Shown here piece by piece: positions 18,922-30,900 of a stretch of 64,000 bases of DNA. The position numbers were made by a program, and so were the translations under genes. The notes under the pieces are model-generated. The model ran no database searches. It had not been told where the DNA came from and saw nothing but the letters and a program-made list of their open reading frames with translations. Numbering within the stretch: position 1 is the stretch's first letter; each line of letters begins with the position of its first letter. The stretch comes from Candidatus Hadarchaeota archaeon (GTDB taxonomy: Archaea; Hadarchaeota; Hadarchaeia; Hadarchaeales; JAGGTB01). The stretch spans positions 15,210 to 79,209 of the forward strand of contig CAZSNS010000001.1 of assembly GCA_964608515.1 (NCBI GenBank). The letters run 5' to 3'.

Positions 18922-21900
18922 TCATCTGATTGAGGTGTTTATTTCTTGGGTTTGAATGTATTGGTAGACATCATTTTTCAGATCTCTTAAACCTTCGATT
19001 GAAATTCCTAGATCGTCGGTCTTTTCAGCTAAGTAATTTCTATCCTTCAAGTCTTTAACTACCTCTTCTAGATACTCAGCCCAAATCTGATTTCGACTAT
19101 GGTGAATTCCTTCTCTGATGTTTATGTCGAAATTATCTGCTCTGACTGTGTTTACTGTTTTGCTTGACGTGAAGAGGTTTAGTGGGACTGAACCGGTGAA
19201 GCTTTCCCAGGTTTCCTTTCCTCTGATTATCTTTTTGTTGAATTTAACCACTGTGAGAGGAATAGCTTCAATATGATAGTTTTCTATTTGTGGTGAGGTT
19301 GTTCCTGAATCACTATCTAAGTCCGAGGTTATTTGAACATATTTGTGAGGGTCTAACTCATCAATGCCATATTTACTCGTTCCAGAGTTCAACTGAAAAT
19401 CACCTAACCTGTCCCTTATTCTATCATCCTTAACATCGTCCAAATCCGCTCCTCTCGTCCTCCTATACAAAAGTTCAATCTCATTTTGCGACAAAGCTTC
19501 ATCAAAAATCATAAATTCATCAATAAGACCGTCAAAGTTTTCTATCATAAAATCACCAGCCGATGTGGGGATTTTACCCGTTCTATATTTTGTACCGGCT
19601 TCGGAATCATCTCTATAAAATTTCAAATATTTATTATCATAAGTGACGGCTATAAACATCCATCTATTCTCCTCCAAGTTAGCATAATTGGAGTTATCCT
19701 CCCATTTTCCGGAAAGTTCAAACCGAAGCTCATCGCCCAATGTTCTTAAAGTGTAAGCACTTTCTTTCCTTGCAAGGGTCACCGAGCGAGACAAGTTGTC
19801 GAACTGAGCCCAAAATGCTATAGTGATATTATTTTCTATGTCTAAAGAGTCATCATCTGGAACTATAAACTCATCTCCGAGTTCGAAATTTTCACCATTA
19901 TTTATTACGCCTTCATCACTTCTTTGAGTTCCATAAGTCTGTCCTTGATTGCCATTCCAAAAATCATCTCGATAATCGCTATGTGCATCTTCATCATCAA
20001 ATGTCCACCAAGATACAGGAGTTTCGGGGGGTGACGCTCCTTTAATTTCTGCTTTTATTTCTTCGTTAGAATCGATTGTTACGTCAGCGATGAGATTTTC
20101 CCAGCCCATACGCCATTTCATGGTTTTCCAAGATGTGGAATATTTTCCGGAAGTATAACCATTAGAAAGTTTTACTAAATTATCCGAAGTTTCTGTGTTT
20201 TTGAAATAACCTTTTTCCCAATCTTCTTTCAATTCCCAACTCATTTTGGAATAAGTTCCTCTATATTTTAGTTCATAAGAGTTTATTTTGAGCCTGTGAG
20301 AACTATTATCGTTTTCAAGAAGTGAAACAATCCGTACGTATTGGTGGTTTTCTGGTGCAGGTAGATTGTCCTTATACGTATTTATCCCATTTTCGAGAGT
20401 AATAGAAACACTATTATCCACATTATTTCCGTCCTGACTAACTTGTATCTTCATGGTAATTTTTTCATTTTTCCCGATTTCCACATCGGTTTTCAAGCTT
20501 CCCCAGTTCACAACATTTTCAAGATTTATCCATTCAGTTTCGTGTAAACCTGAACTATTACCTTCCTTAAGAACTAAAGAATCATTTCTAGTAACGGTAT
20601 TTTCGAAAACTCCACTAGTCCAGTCACAAGCTTGAGACCAACCGAGAACAGGATAAGGACCTTTAACATCAATTAGATTCGGTTTTTCTCTAATAAGCCA
20701 AGTATTGTCCTGATTTAAGAAAGTGCCACCTCCTTCATAGACATAAGTTTGTGATGGATATTCGACGTTTCTGGCTTGGAATTCTATTGTTCCCCAACGT
20801 TGAATTGGTGAAGCGTTTATTTTGATCCAGAAAAGGCTCGGAGTCTCAGCGGTATTTTCACCATGTAATCTCACCATGTATTGTATGTATCGATTATCTG
20901 GGAGGTGTTCGTTCTCGAAATCATTTTTATGATGTATCCATTTAGACCAATTATCAAGGTCGAGGTCTCCGTTCTCTAGATAGGGGGTGTTATCGTTTCC
21001 GGTTCTAAAGTAAACTTCCATATTGGTATTCTCCGGGGTTTTTGCTTTCCATTTTTGTTTGGTCCAGTCAATTGTTTCTCCGGCGTCGAAGGTTGATGAT
21101 TCGATAATACCTTGAGGTAAGGAAGGAACGACATATTCTATGTAAAATTCCAAATAATCTTCCATTAACAAGAAGTTTTCCTCATTATTTTCTACTAGAA
21201 GTCGGATTTTGATATTGTCTGTGGAACTGATGTAGTTTTCAGGATCAGTGAGGATGTTTTCTTTCCAAGTCTCCTCAAAGTTACTCACGTTTTCGGAATT
21301 TAAGTTCTCCCATACTGAATGGGAATAATCCCGTATTTGTAAGGTATAGCGAGCTTTGTTTTCCGATTTTAGATTCAGAGAGATTTTGATATTATCGACA
21401 AGGTATTGTTCGTTTTCGATTCTTTCAGAATCGTGACGGACGTCCAAATTATAGAAATACTGTAATGTTCGGAGCGTAGTGAGATCAATATGAATGTTTT
21501 CAGGAGATAAATCATTACCTTGAAGATCTTCGAATTTGATGCTAACGTTCTCTCCGTCAAGATATGAATTGTCAATAAAGCTAGTGACTAGTTGGTCTGT
21601 TTTGGGTAGGTTGTCTATGTATTCCCAGGAGTTTGTGGAGTTGTTCCAGACGTAGATTCCGAAGTTTTCTCCGGTGTCTGAGTATCCTTTTATTCTTATT
21701 TGGTATGCGTCTGCGTTGTCTGGTATTCCGGTCATTCTGTGTTCCCAGCGGAGGTAGTTTCCAATGTTTTCGCTCTTTATTCTCGAATAGTCTACTAATA
21801 ATTGGGTTTCGTTGAGGTCGTTTTCTAATTGTTTGTATCTTATGTGAACGTTATCGTTTTGGACGTAATCCTTGTCTAGTAGTTGGTTGAAGTTTTCTAG

Positions 21901-24900
21901 AGTGTTGGAAGTTAATGTTCCTGTTTTGTTCCAGTTTCCGGATTTGAAGTTTTCTAGATAAACTTCCACATTTTCTGAGTCGCCTGCTAGGTAGTGTTCG
22001 ATTTGGAGTGTATAATTGTCACCTTTGGGGATTTCTCCAATATTGTGTTGGACATCCATTCTATAGGCAGGATAGTTTATCTTGTATAAGAGATAATCTT
22101 CTTGAGATCGGAAAGGAGTTGTCATATTCTCCCCGATTAGTCTGACTCTGATGTTATCATTTCCTGAGATATAGTCGGCTATATTTGTCACTATCGTGTT
22201 TTCAAATGTTTTTTCTGATCCGTTGATGTTTGTTGTTTGTAGGTTTTCCCAGGCTGGTGTGTTCCAGTTGTAGATTTGCCATGTGTAGTTTGCTTGATTT
22301 TCGGATTTTAGGTTGAGAGTCAATTTTATATTTTCTATAGTATCTGGGGCTACAGAGACTTGTTCTGAATCATGGAAGAGATCCAGATAATAATGGTAAT
22401 ATGTTGACCGGACAGAACTATAATCTATATAAATATTTTCTGGTGATAAGTCGTTACCTGTTTCGTCGTCGAATTTTATGCTAACGTTCTCTCCGTCAAA
22501 ATAAGTATTATCGATTGGATAAGTGACTAGTTGGTCTGTTTTGGGTAGGTTGTCTATGTATTCCCAGGTGTTGGTGGAGTTGTTCCAGACGTAGATTCCG
22601 AAGTTTTCTCCGGTGTCTGAGTATCCTTTTATTCTTATTTGGTATGCGTCTGCGTTGTCTGGTATTCCGGTCATTCTGTGTTCCCAGCGGAGGTAGTTTC
22701 CAATGTTTTCGCTCTTTATCCTTGAATAATCGACCATTAGGTTTGTCTCTTCGAAATCATTTTCTTCCTGAACATACCTTATTCGTACATTGTCTCCTAG
22801 AATATGGCTGGAATCAACAGGGTAAGTAAAGTTTTCTAGATTGGTGGAGCTTAGACTTCCTATCGAGTTCCATCCTCCAGAATTGTTCTCAATATATACG
22901 TTTATCGTGTCGCCGTAGAGTTGTTTAACTTCTTCAGTAGTTAGCGCCCGTTCATATATTTTGACATCATCGAGGGTGCCTTGTGTATAACTTTCGTAAT
23001 GATCCATTAGATAAATATTATCTTGGTAACTTACATCATCCGTTGTGTCCGAGCTCGTGGCTCTAAGTTTTCCATCTACATAAAATTTAATTTCATTTGT
23101 GGACTGGTCTCTAACTCCTACGATATGATGCCATGTTCCGTCCAAAATATTCGATTGAGATGTAGTTACTTTGGCTTCGGTTCCTCCAGCATCTCTTAAC
23201 CATGTCCAAGCATCCGATCCGTCAAATCCTATCATAAAGAAGGGAGTTTGTCCGCTAGTAGAATGATAATTTCCGATAAAAGCGTTATTATTTGTGGAAG
23301 TATCGGATGATTTTATCCAAAAAGATATGGAGAATTCTTCTCCACTTCCCGCATATGGTTGCGTATCGGAAATTTCGACGTAATCATCACTTCCATCAAA
23401 TTCTAAAGCTTGATTATACTTGCCTTCAGTCCAAGTGGCGCCGTTGATTGTCCCGTCATTACCGTCAGCAGTGTCGTATATTGTTGTTCCTTCTCCTTCG
23501 TTCATTTTCCATTCGGAGAGCAAGTTCCCTATTTCGCTTGCATCACCGTCAATATAATGTTCGATTTGGAGGGTGTAATTGTCTCCCTTAGGGATTTCTG
23601 TAATATTGTGTTGAACGTCCATTCGGAAAGCAGTGTAATTAATTCTGTATTGTAGGTAATCTTCTTGAGAACGGAATGATTTCTTTTGGTTTTCCCCAAT
23701 GAGTCTGACTCGTAAGTTTTCATTATTTGAGACATAGTTTGTTGGGTTGGAGGTTATCGTGTTTTCAAATGTTTTTTCTGAACCGTTGATGTTTGTTGTT
23801 TGTAGGTTTTCCCAGGCTGGTGTGTTCCAGTTGTAGATTTGCCATGTGTAATCTGCTCTGTTTTCGGATTTTAGATTGAGTGTTAATTTTATGTTTTCTA
23901 TATCGCTTTGAGCTCCTGAAATTTTTTCTGAGTCGTGGTAAAGGTCTAAAGAATAGCGGAAATAATGACAGTTTATAGTAATATCATTGATTGTGGGTGT
24001 GTCTCTAGAATCTTCTGTAGATAGGGTCAATTCGCTTATTCTTATATATCTGGCATCTTTGAGAGAGGAAATATCGTAAGTATTTGTCCCGTCCGTCAAG
24101 CTTTTAGTTATATTATCTTTTACTGTTTGGAAACTGTTATCACTCACTTGGAGAGTTATAGATGCCGAAGTATTCTCAGGTATATTAGCAGTGACTTTAA
24201 GGTTGTCCCACTCAACTTTTTCACCGAAATTATGAGGACTGGATTTCCACCGGTTTTTCTTGATATGGGCGAGTTCATCGTGTGATATTTTCCTGATTTC
24301 TTCGGGTGTTAGGGCGGCGTTGTAAATTTGGAATTCGTCTATTGTGTGTTCTATATCGTTTCCTCTTAGTGTTATCTCGCCGTTTAGATCTGCTAGATTG
24401 GCACTGATTGTTCTGCTGGCTTCTAGATTTCCATTTACATATTCTCTAACTTCGCTTCCGTCGTAGACTCCAGTGTAATGATTCCATTCTCCTAGATTCA
24501 CTCCCATATCTGTGTTTCGAGCCCAGAAGCCTCCATCGCTTGTGTTTAAGCCGTTACTTTCATCTTCTGCGATCCATCTTGTGTAAATTCCTTTGATGCT
24601 GTCACTTACTGTTTCAGTCCTTATGGTGTACGTGTCTCCGTCAGGTTGTTTCACTTGCCATGAGACATAGTTTGACCAGTTTACATTCTGGTTTTCGATA
24701 TAGAACCAGAAAGAGATTGTAACTGGAGCTTCGCTAACTGCTTTATCTAGACTCGTAGATTTTGGAATACTTACAGAATCATCTACCCCGTCAAAGTCAA
24801 GGGATTGACCATATTGACCGCCCTTTATTCTAGTACCGTCGTTTATCGTGCCTTGATTATTTCCAAAGTTGTCATGAACGGTTGAACCTGAACCTGATTC

Positions 24901-27900
24901 AAAAGGATAATAAATAGTTCCGGTAGACCAGAGGCTTTTAATCTCATTTTCAGTTAGGACCCGGTTAAATATTTGAGTGTCATCTAGTTTACCCAAAAAT
25001 GCTTGTCCTATGTCAAAACCTCCTTCAACTGAATCTTGTTCTTGCCCCAACACTAGAGAACCTCCCGATTCGAGTGAATAACCCGATTTTAGAGTTCCGG
25101 AATATTCGAGCGATCCGTCTTTGTAGAGTTTTGTACTTCCGTCGGAGCTTCTCCAAGTAACTGTAATGTGGTGCCAATTTCCGTCGTTTGCTGATACTCC
25201 AGTATCGACATATGATCCGTTTATATAGATTCTAAAGCTGTTATAATCGAAGATTAAAAATTCGTTATTACTTCCTGAGACTGCATAAGAGATAGGTGTT
25301 CCGTTCTTAGATGTATTTGAGGAGTTCATCCAAAAACTAGCTGTTATTTCGTTGGAAGGGAAGGTATTAACGGGATTTTTAACCATGTAATCATCTTTTC
25401 CGTCAAAGAATAGCCCGGTCCCGATTTTGCCAGTTGTCCAGTTATGAGACCCGTAAGTTTCAATATTGTAATAATGCAGTGCTGGTGAGTGCGTGGAATA
25501 ATCCGTTGTTAGGTGAGAGTTTATTCGTATGTATCGAGCGTCAGAAAGTCCAGATAATGCGTCCGTTGTTATTCCATCGTTAAGAGTAATCCAACCAGTT
25601 TCATCTTCAATTGTGGAAAAACCATCGTTGCTGACTTGAACTTTTGCTTCAATATTTTCTCCAGAAGCTATTGTTGCATTTGCTTCAAGTTGTTTCCATT
25701 CCACTTTTCTTCCGAAATCATGACTGTGAGTGGTGTGTGAACCATCTTTTATTGTGTAAAGTTCATTCTCGTAAATTTTTGAAATTTCTGTTCGGTTGAT
25801 TGAGCGGTCGAAGAGTTGGACTTCGTCTATAACACCGTTGGTCATGTAATGTTTGTTTGGAGTTGCACCAGATCCTATTAGTAGGTCACTTGAACCGGTG
25901 TCCATAGTGTTGGTCATAGTACTATCACTGGTTATTAGGGTATTGTCAAAGTAGATTTCAGTTCCAGTCGAATCTTTTCTTATGATTATTTGATGCCATT
26001 CCCCAATTCCGAAGTTTACTCCTGAAGTTGCGTGTAATGATTCCGTACCACCTCCCGTTCGGTATTGGAATAATATTCCAGAACCGTCACTATCTACTAA
26101 AACTCTGGGATACCAACCGTCTCCATTAATCCCTCGCACTATACCATGATAACCGCTAGCATCTTCTCCACCAGCAGAGCCTTGTCTTTTAAACCATGCC
26201 GTAATTGTGATTTCGTCATTGATACTAGTGAGACTTGGACTGTTATTGATTCTAGTATAATCCCATTTCCCATTGAAGAAAATACCATTATCATACTTTC
26301 CTGTTGTCCAATTGTTCGGCCGGTGGCATTGTAGTTCAAAAGAATTTAGTATGGGGGTGTGTCGAGAATCATTTGTCGATAGACGGAAAAAGACTCGTCC
26401 ATATCGGGCGTCGGGGAGGGTGGAGATATCGTTTGAACCGTTGGAAAGGTTCATCCATCCGGTGTCATCTTTTATTGTGACGAATTCGTCAGTACTGGTT
26501 TGAACTCTGGCTTCTATAGTTTCTCCGGTATCGATTGAGGCCTCTATGTAGAGGTTGTCCCAGTCTGTTGGCGTTTCGAAGTCGTAAATTTTTGTTCTCC
26601 AAATATTTTTCCTTATATGAGCGAGCTCATCATGTGCGAGAGTGTTTATCTCATTAGGTGAGAGTGCTTTGTTGAATATTTTAACTTCATCGATTCTTCC
26701 GTCGATTGGGTCTGTGCCTGGAGAGTCGTATCTATCCCCTATTGAAAGTTTTTCACTTCCAAAGCTCTGACTGACTGAAGCGGTTGCTTTCAAATCTCCA
26801 TCAAGATAAAATCTAGCTTCAGAATTCGGGGCGTCATAAACTCCTACTAGATGGATCCATTCCCCTTGCGGTATTGCTTCTCCACTTACTGTCGCATTTC
26901 CGTCAAAAGTGGAAAAACCATAAATATCATCGTCCGCATCCCAATAAAGTGTCATAGTGTCTCCGTTGCTACCATCCTGAACGTCAACAAATCTATTCCA
27001 ACTTGTATCTCCTGCGCCATCTACATAGACCCTGGCTGATATAGTGGCAGTATTTCCACTTTTTAGTACATCTTCAGTCACTTTAACGTGATCATCTACT
27101 CCATCAAAGTTTAGAGAACTTCCATAATATCCAGCACTTGTTCTAGTAGCTCCATTTATCGCTCCGTCATTATTCCCATAATTGTCGTAGGCAGTAGTTG
27201 GGGAACTAGTTTCGAATGGATAGTAAGCTGTTCCTGTAGACCAAAGACTTTTAACCTCATTTTGAGTTAAGGGTCTTTCAAAGATTTGAAATTCATCGAT
27301 TTTTCCATTAAAGTATTCGTGTGGTCCTCTATCTCCGTCGTAGGAACTTGCTTCTGATCCTGTGGCCATAAAGCCGTATCTGGTGGTTCCATCTCCTAAG
27401 CTGTTTCCACCCCAACTTTTTTCGCTGTCCAGAGTTCCATCTACGTATATTTTTTTGGTGGAAGTATCTGGATTGTAGGTGGCTGTTACGTGATGCCATT
27501 CTCCATCGTCAACATCGATGCTTCCTGACATATCGTCGACCCCACTACCGTCGTCTGTGTTCCAAGTTACTTTTCCGTTAGTTCCTGAACTTCCGACTCC
27601 GAATCTGAATATTTCGCTTCTATCATAACTTGCAATTATACCTGTCGGGTCGGTTGTTTTTATCCAAGCTGAGACTGTGATACCATCGGGGAAGTAGGTG
27701 TAACTGTTTTGAAGAGCTCCGTAGTCATCTTTTCCGTCGAACTCCATACCCACTCCACATTTTCCAGGAGTCCAATTATGAGATCCATAAGTGGATAAAC
27801 TATAGTTCCGCAAAACTGGAGAATGTAAAGAACTGTCAGTTAGGAGTCGCGATTTAACTCTTACATAACGAGAATCGGAAAGTCCCGATAAGTCTTTTGT

Positions 27901-30900
27901 AGAAGTTCCGTCGGTAAGATTTAACCAACTCGTCTCGTCCTTAATTGTGCTAAAAGCATCATCACTAACTTGCACTTTCGCCCTAATATCCTCATTAGAA
28001 TCAATGGTTGAACGCGCTTCAAGAGTGTTCCAACTAACCGTCTGTTCATAATCATAATTTTTCGTGATGTGAAAACCGTTTTCGATTGTATAAAGTTCGT
28101 TTTCGTAAAGTTTTTGAATCTCGGAAGTAGTTAGATCACGTTCGAATATATTCACCTCGTCGATTTCTCCATTGAAAAAACTGGAAGGAGTGCCATCTAC
28201 ATCTCGAGCTCCGATTCCTAGATTTCTATCTGTGTTTACTATATTTCCATCACCTTCGCTTGGATCTACAGTCACCACATGACTACCGTTAATATACCCT
28301 TTTCCAACGTCTCCATCCCAAGTAGTTGCCACGAACGTCCATTCATCTGCGTTTATGGATCCTTCCCCAGAAAACATCCACCCGTTACACCAACTACTAC
28401 AACCGCTAGCATTGATAGCTAAAGATATACCATCGGTCCCAGCCGCCATCTCGTATGTACCCTCCTTATTCATCACCATGTTGCTGGTCCCAGAAGCACT
28501 CGTTTTAATCCAAGCCGCCATAGTAATTTTGTCAGTATCTAGCGAAGAACTGTCAGGGACTTCGACATAATCCCCTCTTCCATCAAACTCAAGAGCTTCC
28601 CCATAATAACCAGTTACCCAGTTATTCGGCCGATAACATTGTAGTTCGAAATTGTTTAATATCGGTGTGTTTCTCGAGTCTGTTGTTGATAGTTTGAAAA
28701 ATACTCTGCCGTAACGGGCGGTGGTGAGAGAGGATATGTCATTCACTCCGTCAGAAACTGTGAACCAACCAGTGTCACCATCTACTGTAGAGAAATCATC
28801 ACTACTGGATTGAACTTTAGCTTCTATAGTTTCTCCATTAAGGGAAGCGTTTATAACCAGATTATCCCAATCCATCGGATTTTCAAAATCATAAACTTTA
28901 GACCTCCACACATTCTTCTTAATATGAGCAAGCTCATCATGAGCTAGACTATTTATTTCCGACGGTGTTAGAGAGCGGGGATAAACTTGAAATTCATCAA
29001 TCATCGCATCCACTCCATTATAATCCGGAGAGTTCCCAATGTGCAGGTTTTGATTATTCGTAACCAAATCCGCTGAATGATTAGTTTGCGAATCCAACGT
29101 TCCATCAAGATAAACACTGATTGTTCCACTATCACCAGTCGAATTAATAATAACATGCGTCCACTCACCAACCGGGACGGTACCAGTTTGAGTAGGACCA
29201 ACTTGACTGCCACTGGCAGTAGAGTGCTTTACGTGCAAACCCATATCATCTGGCCTTAACCAAACTCCAGGAGTCCTTCCTCCACCCGTGGGTCCATCTC
29301 CCTTTATCATAACTTGACGCCAGCTTCCAGTGGGTCCTTCTTGGGGTTTTATCCAGAAACTATAAGTGTATGATTCAAGGTCTAAGCTTGTATCGTCAGG
29401 GATTTCTACGATATCTCCTGAAGCGTTAAAGTCGAGAGATCTTCCGTAGTAACCAGCTGAGGTTCTTGTAGCCCCGTTATTTGTTCCATTATTGTTCCCA
29501 AAGTTGTCAAGAATAGTTGAACCTGAAGAAGCTTCGAAAGGATAGTAGGCAGTTCCGGTCGACCATAGACTTTTGACTTCGCTTCCTGTAAGTTCTCTAT
29601 TAAATATTTGAACTTCGTCAATTTTACCGTTGAAGTTACCCCAAGTGGATTTTCCTATGTGTAAAGGATTGTTTGTTTCCGAACTTGTGTCAGAATTCGA
29701 ATAGTCTTGTATTTTCTCCCCGTTATAATATATACTCCCTCCAGACCCAACATCCCAGGTTACTGTTACATGTTGCCATTCATCTTCACTCAGTACAGCA
29801 GAAGATGTTCCTCCATTGTTTCCACCCCAAGTTCTAATCCATATCTTCCCCCCATCCTCCTGATTTATTAAATACTCACTACTTTTTTGTAAAATTCCAA
29901 CTTCTTCTGACAAATCCTTAGGATAAACCCAAAACGAAACAGTCATTTCTTCACCAGTTTCCCCAAATGATACACTTGAATCATCCGGAACATTGACTCG
30001 ATCGTCCTTCCCGTCGAAGAATAGTCCTGTTCCACATTTTCCTTTTTCCCAGTTGAAAGATCCGTAGGCGGAAATACGATAATCATGTACAGCGGGTGAA
30101 TGTGTCGAATTATTTGATAAAAGCCGGGTTTTTATTCGCACATATCTTGCGTTGTCAAGTTGAGTGATAGTATAGGGGGATGTTTCACTCTCCAGATTTA
30201 ACCATCCGGTTTCGTCTTGTATCGAAGAAAATCCGTCATTGCTTACTTGTATTTTTGCTTTGACGTCTTCTCCAGATTCTATGGTTGTGTCCCATTCGAA
30301 TTGTTTCCATTCCACTTTTCTCCCGAAATCATAATGGTTGGTGGTGTGGAATGCGTTTCTAATATCGTTGAAATCTTCGACCATTAGACTGATACTACTA
30401 TCGGAGGGTTTTTGCCAACCTATCCTAACTCCGTCACCCCCACCCCCTTCTTCCATTCTTACTTTGATTTTATGATAACCTTTGCTTAGACTTATTGTTC
30501 CGTTGTGGCTCCAATCGTTGGCGATTCCGTGCCCTCCGTACCAATTAGCGACGTTTGTTCCATCTATGAACAAGTCGGAAGCGTCGTCTGAGTCTATTGC
30601 GAAAGTGTATGTTCCTGATTCTGGAGCATATATGTGACCTTCTGCTTTCCAGGCATATCCGTCCGCTGGTAGGTATGTGGGTTTTGCGTTCCAGCTGCTG
30701 TCGTGCCATCGTATTTGTTCTCTAGCCCAACTGCCGTGACCTCCGAAGGTAACGCCGTTGTTTTTGTCGTTGAAGAATTCGTCAAACTCGGATTCGGTAG
30801 ATGGATGACTGTTATTGCTGTAATATGTGGAAGTTTCGTACCACTCGTAGTTCATCGCCATGAATTCAGTATTGTATAACTTCTGCGTTTCCGAATGTGT

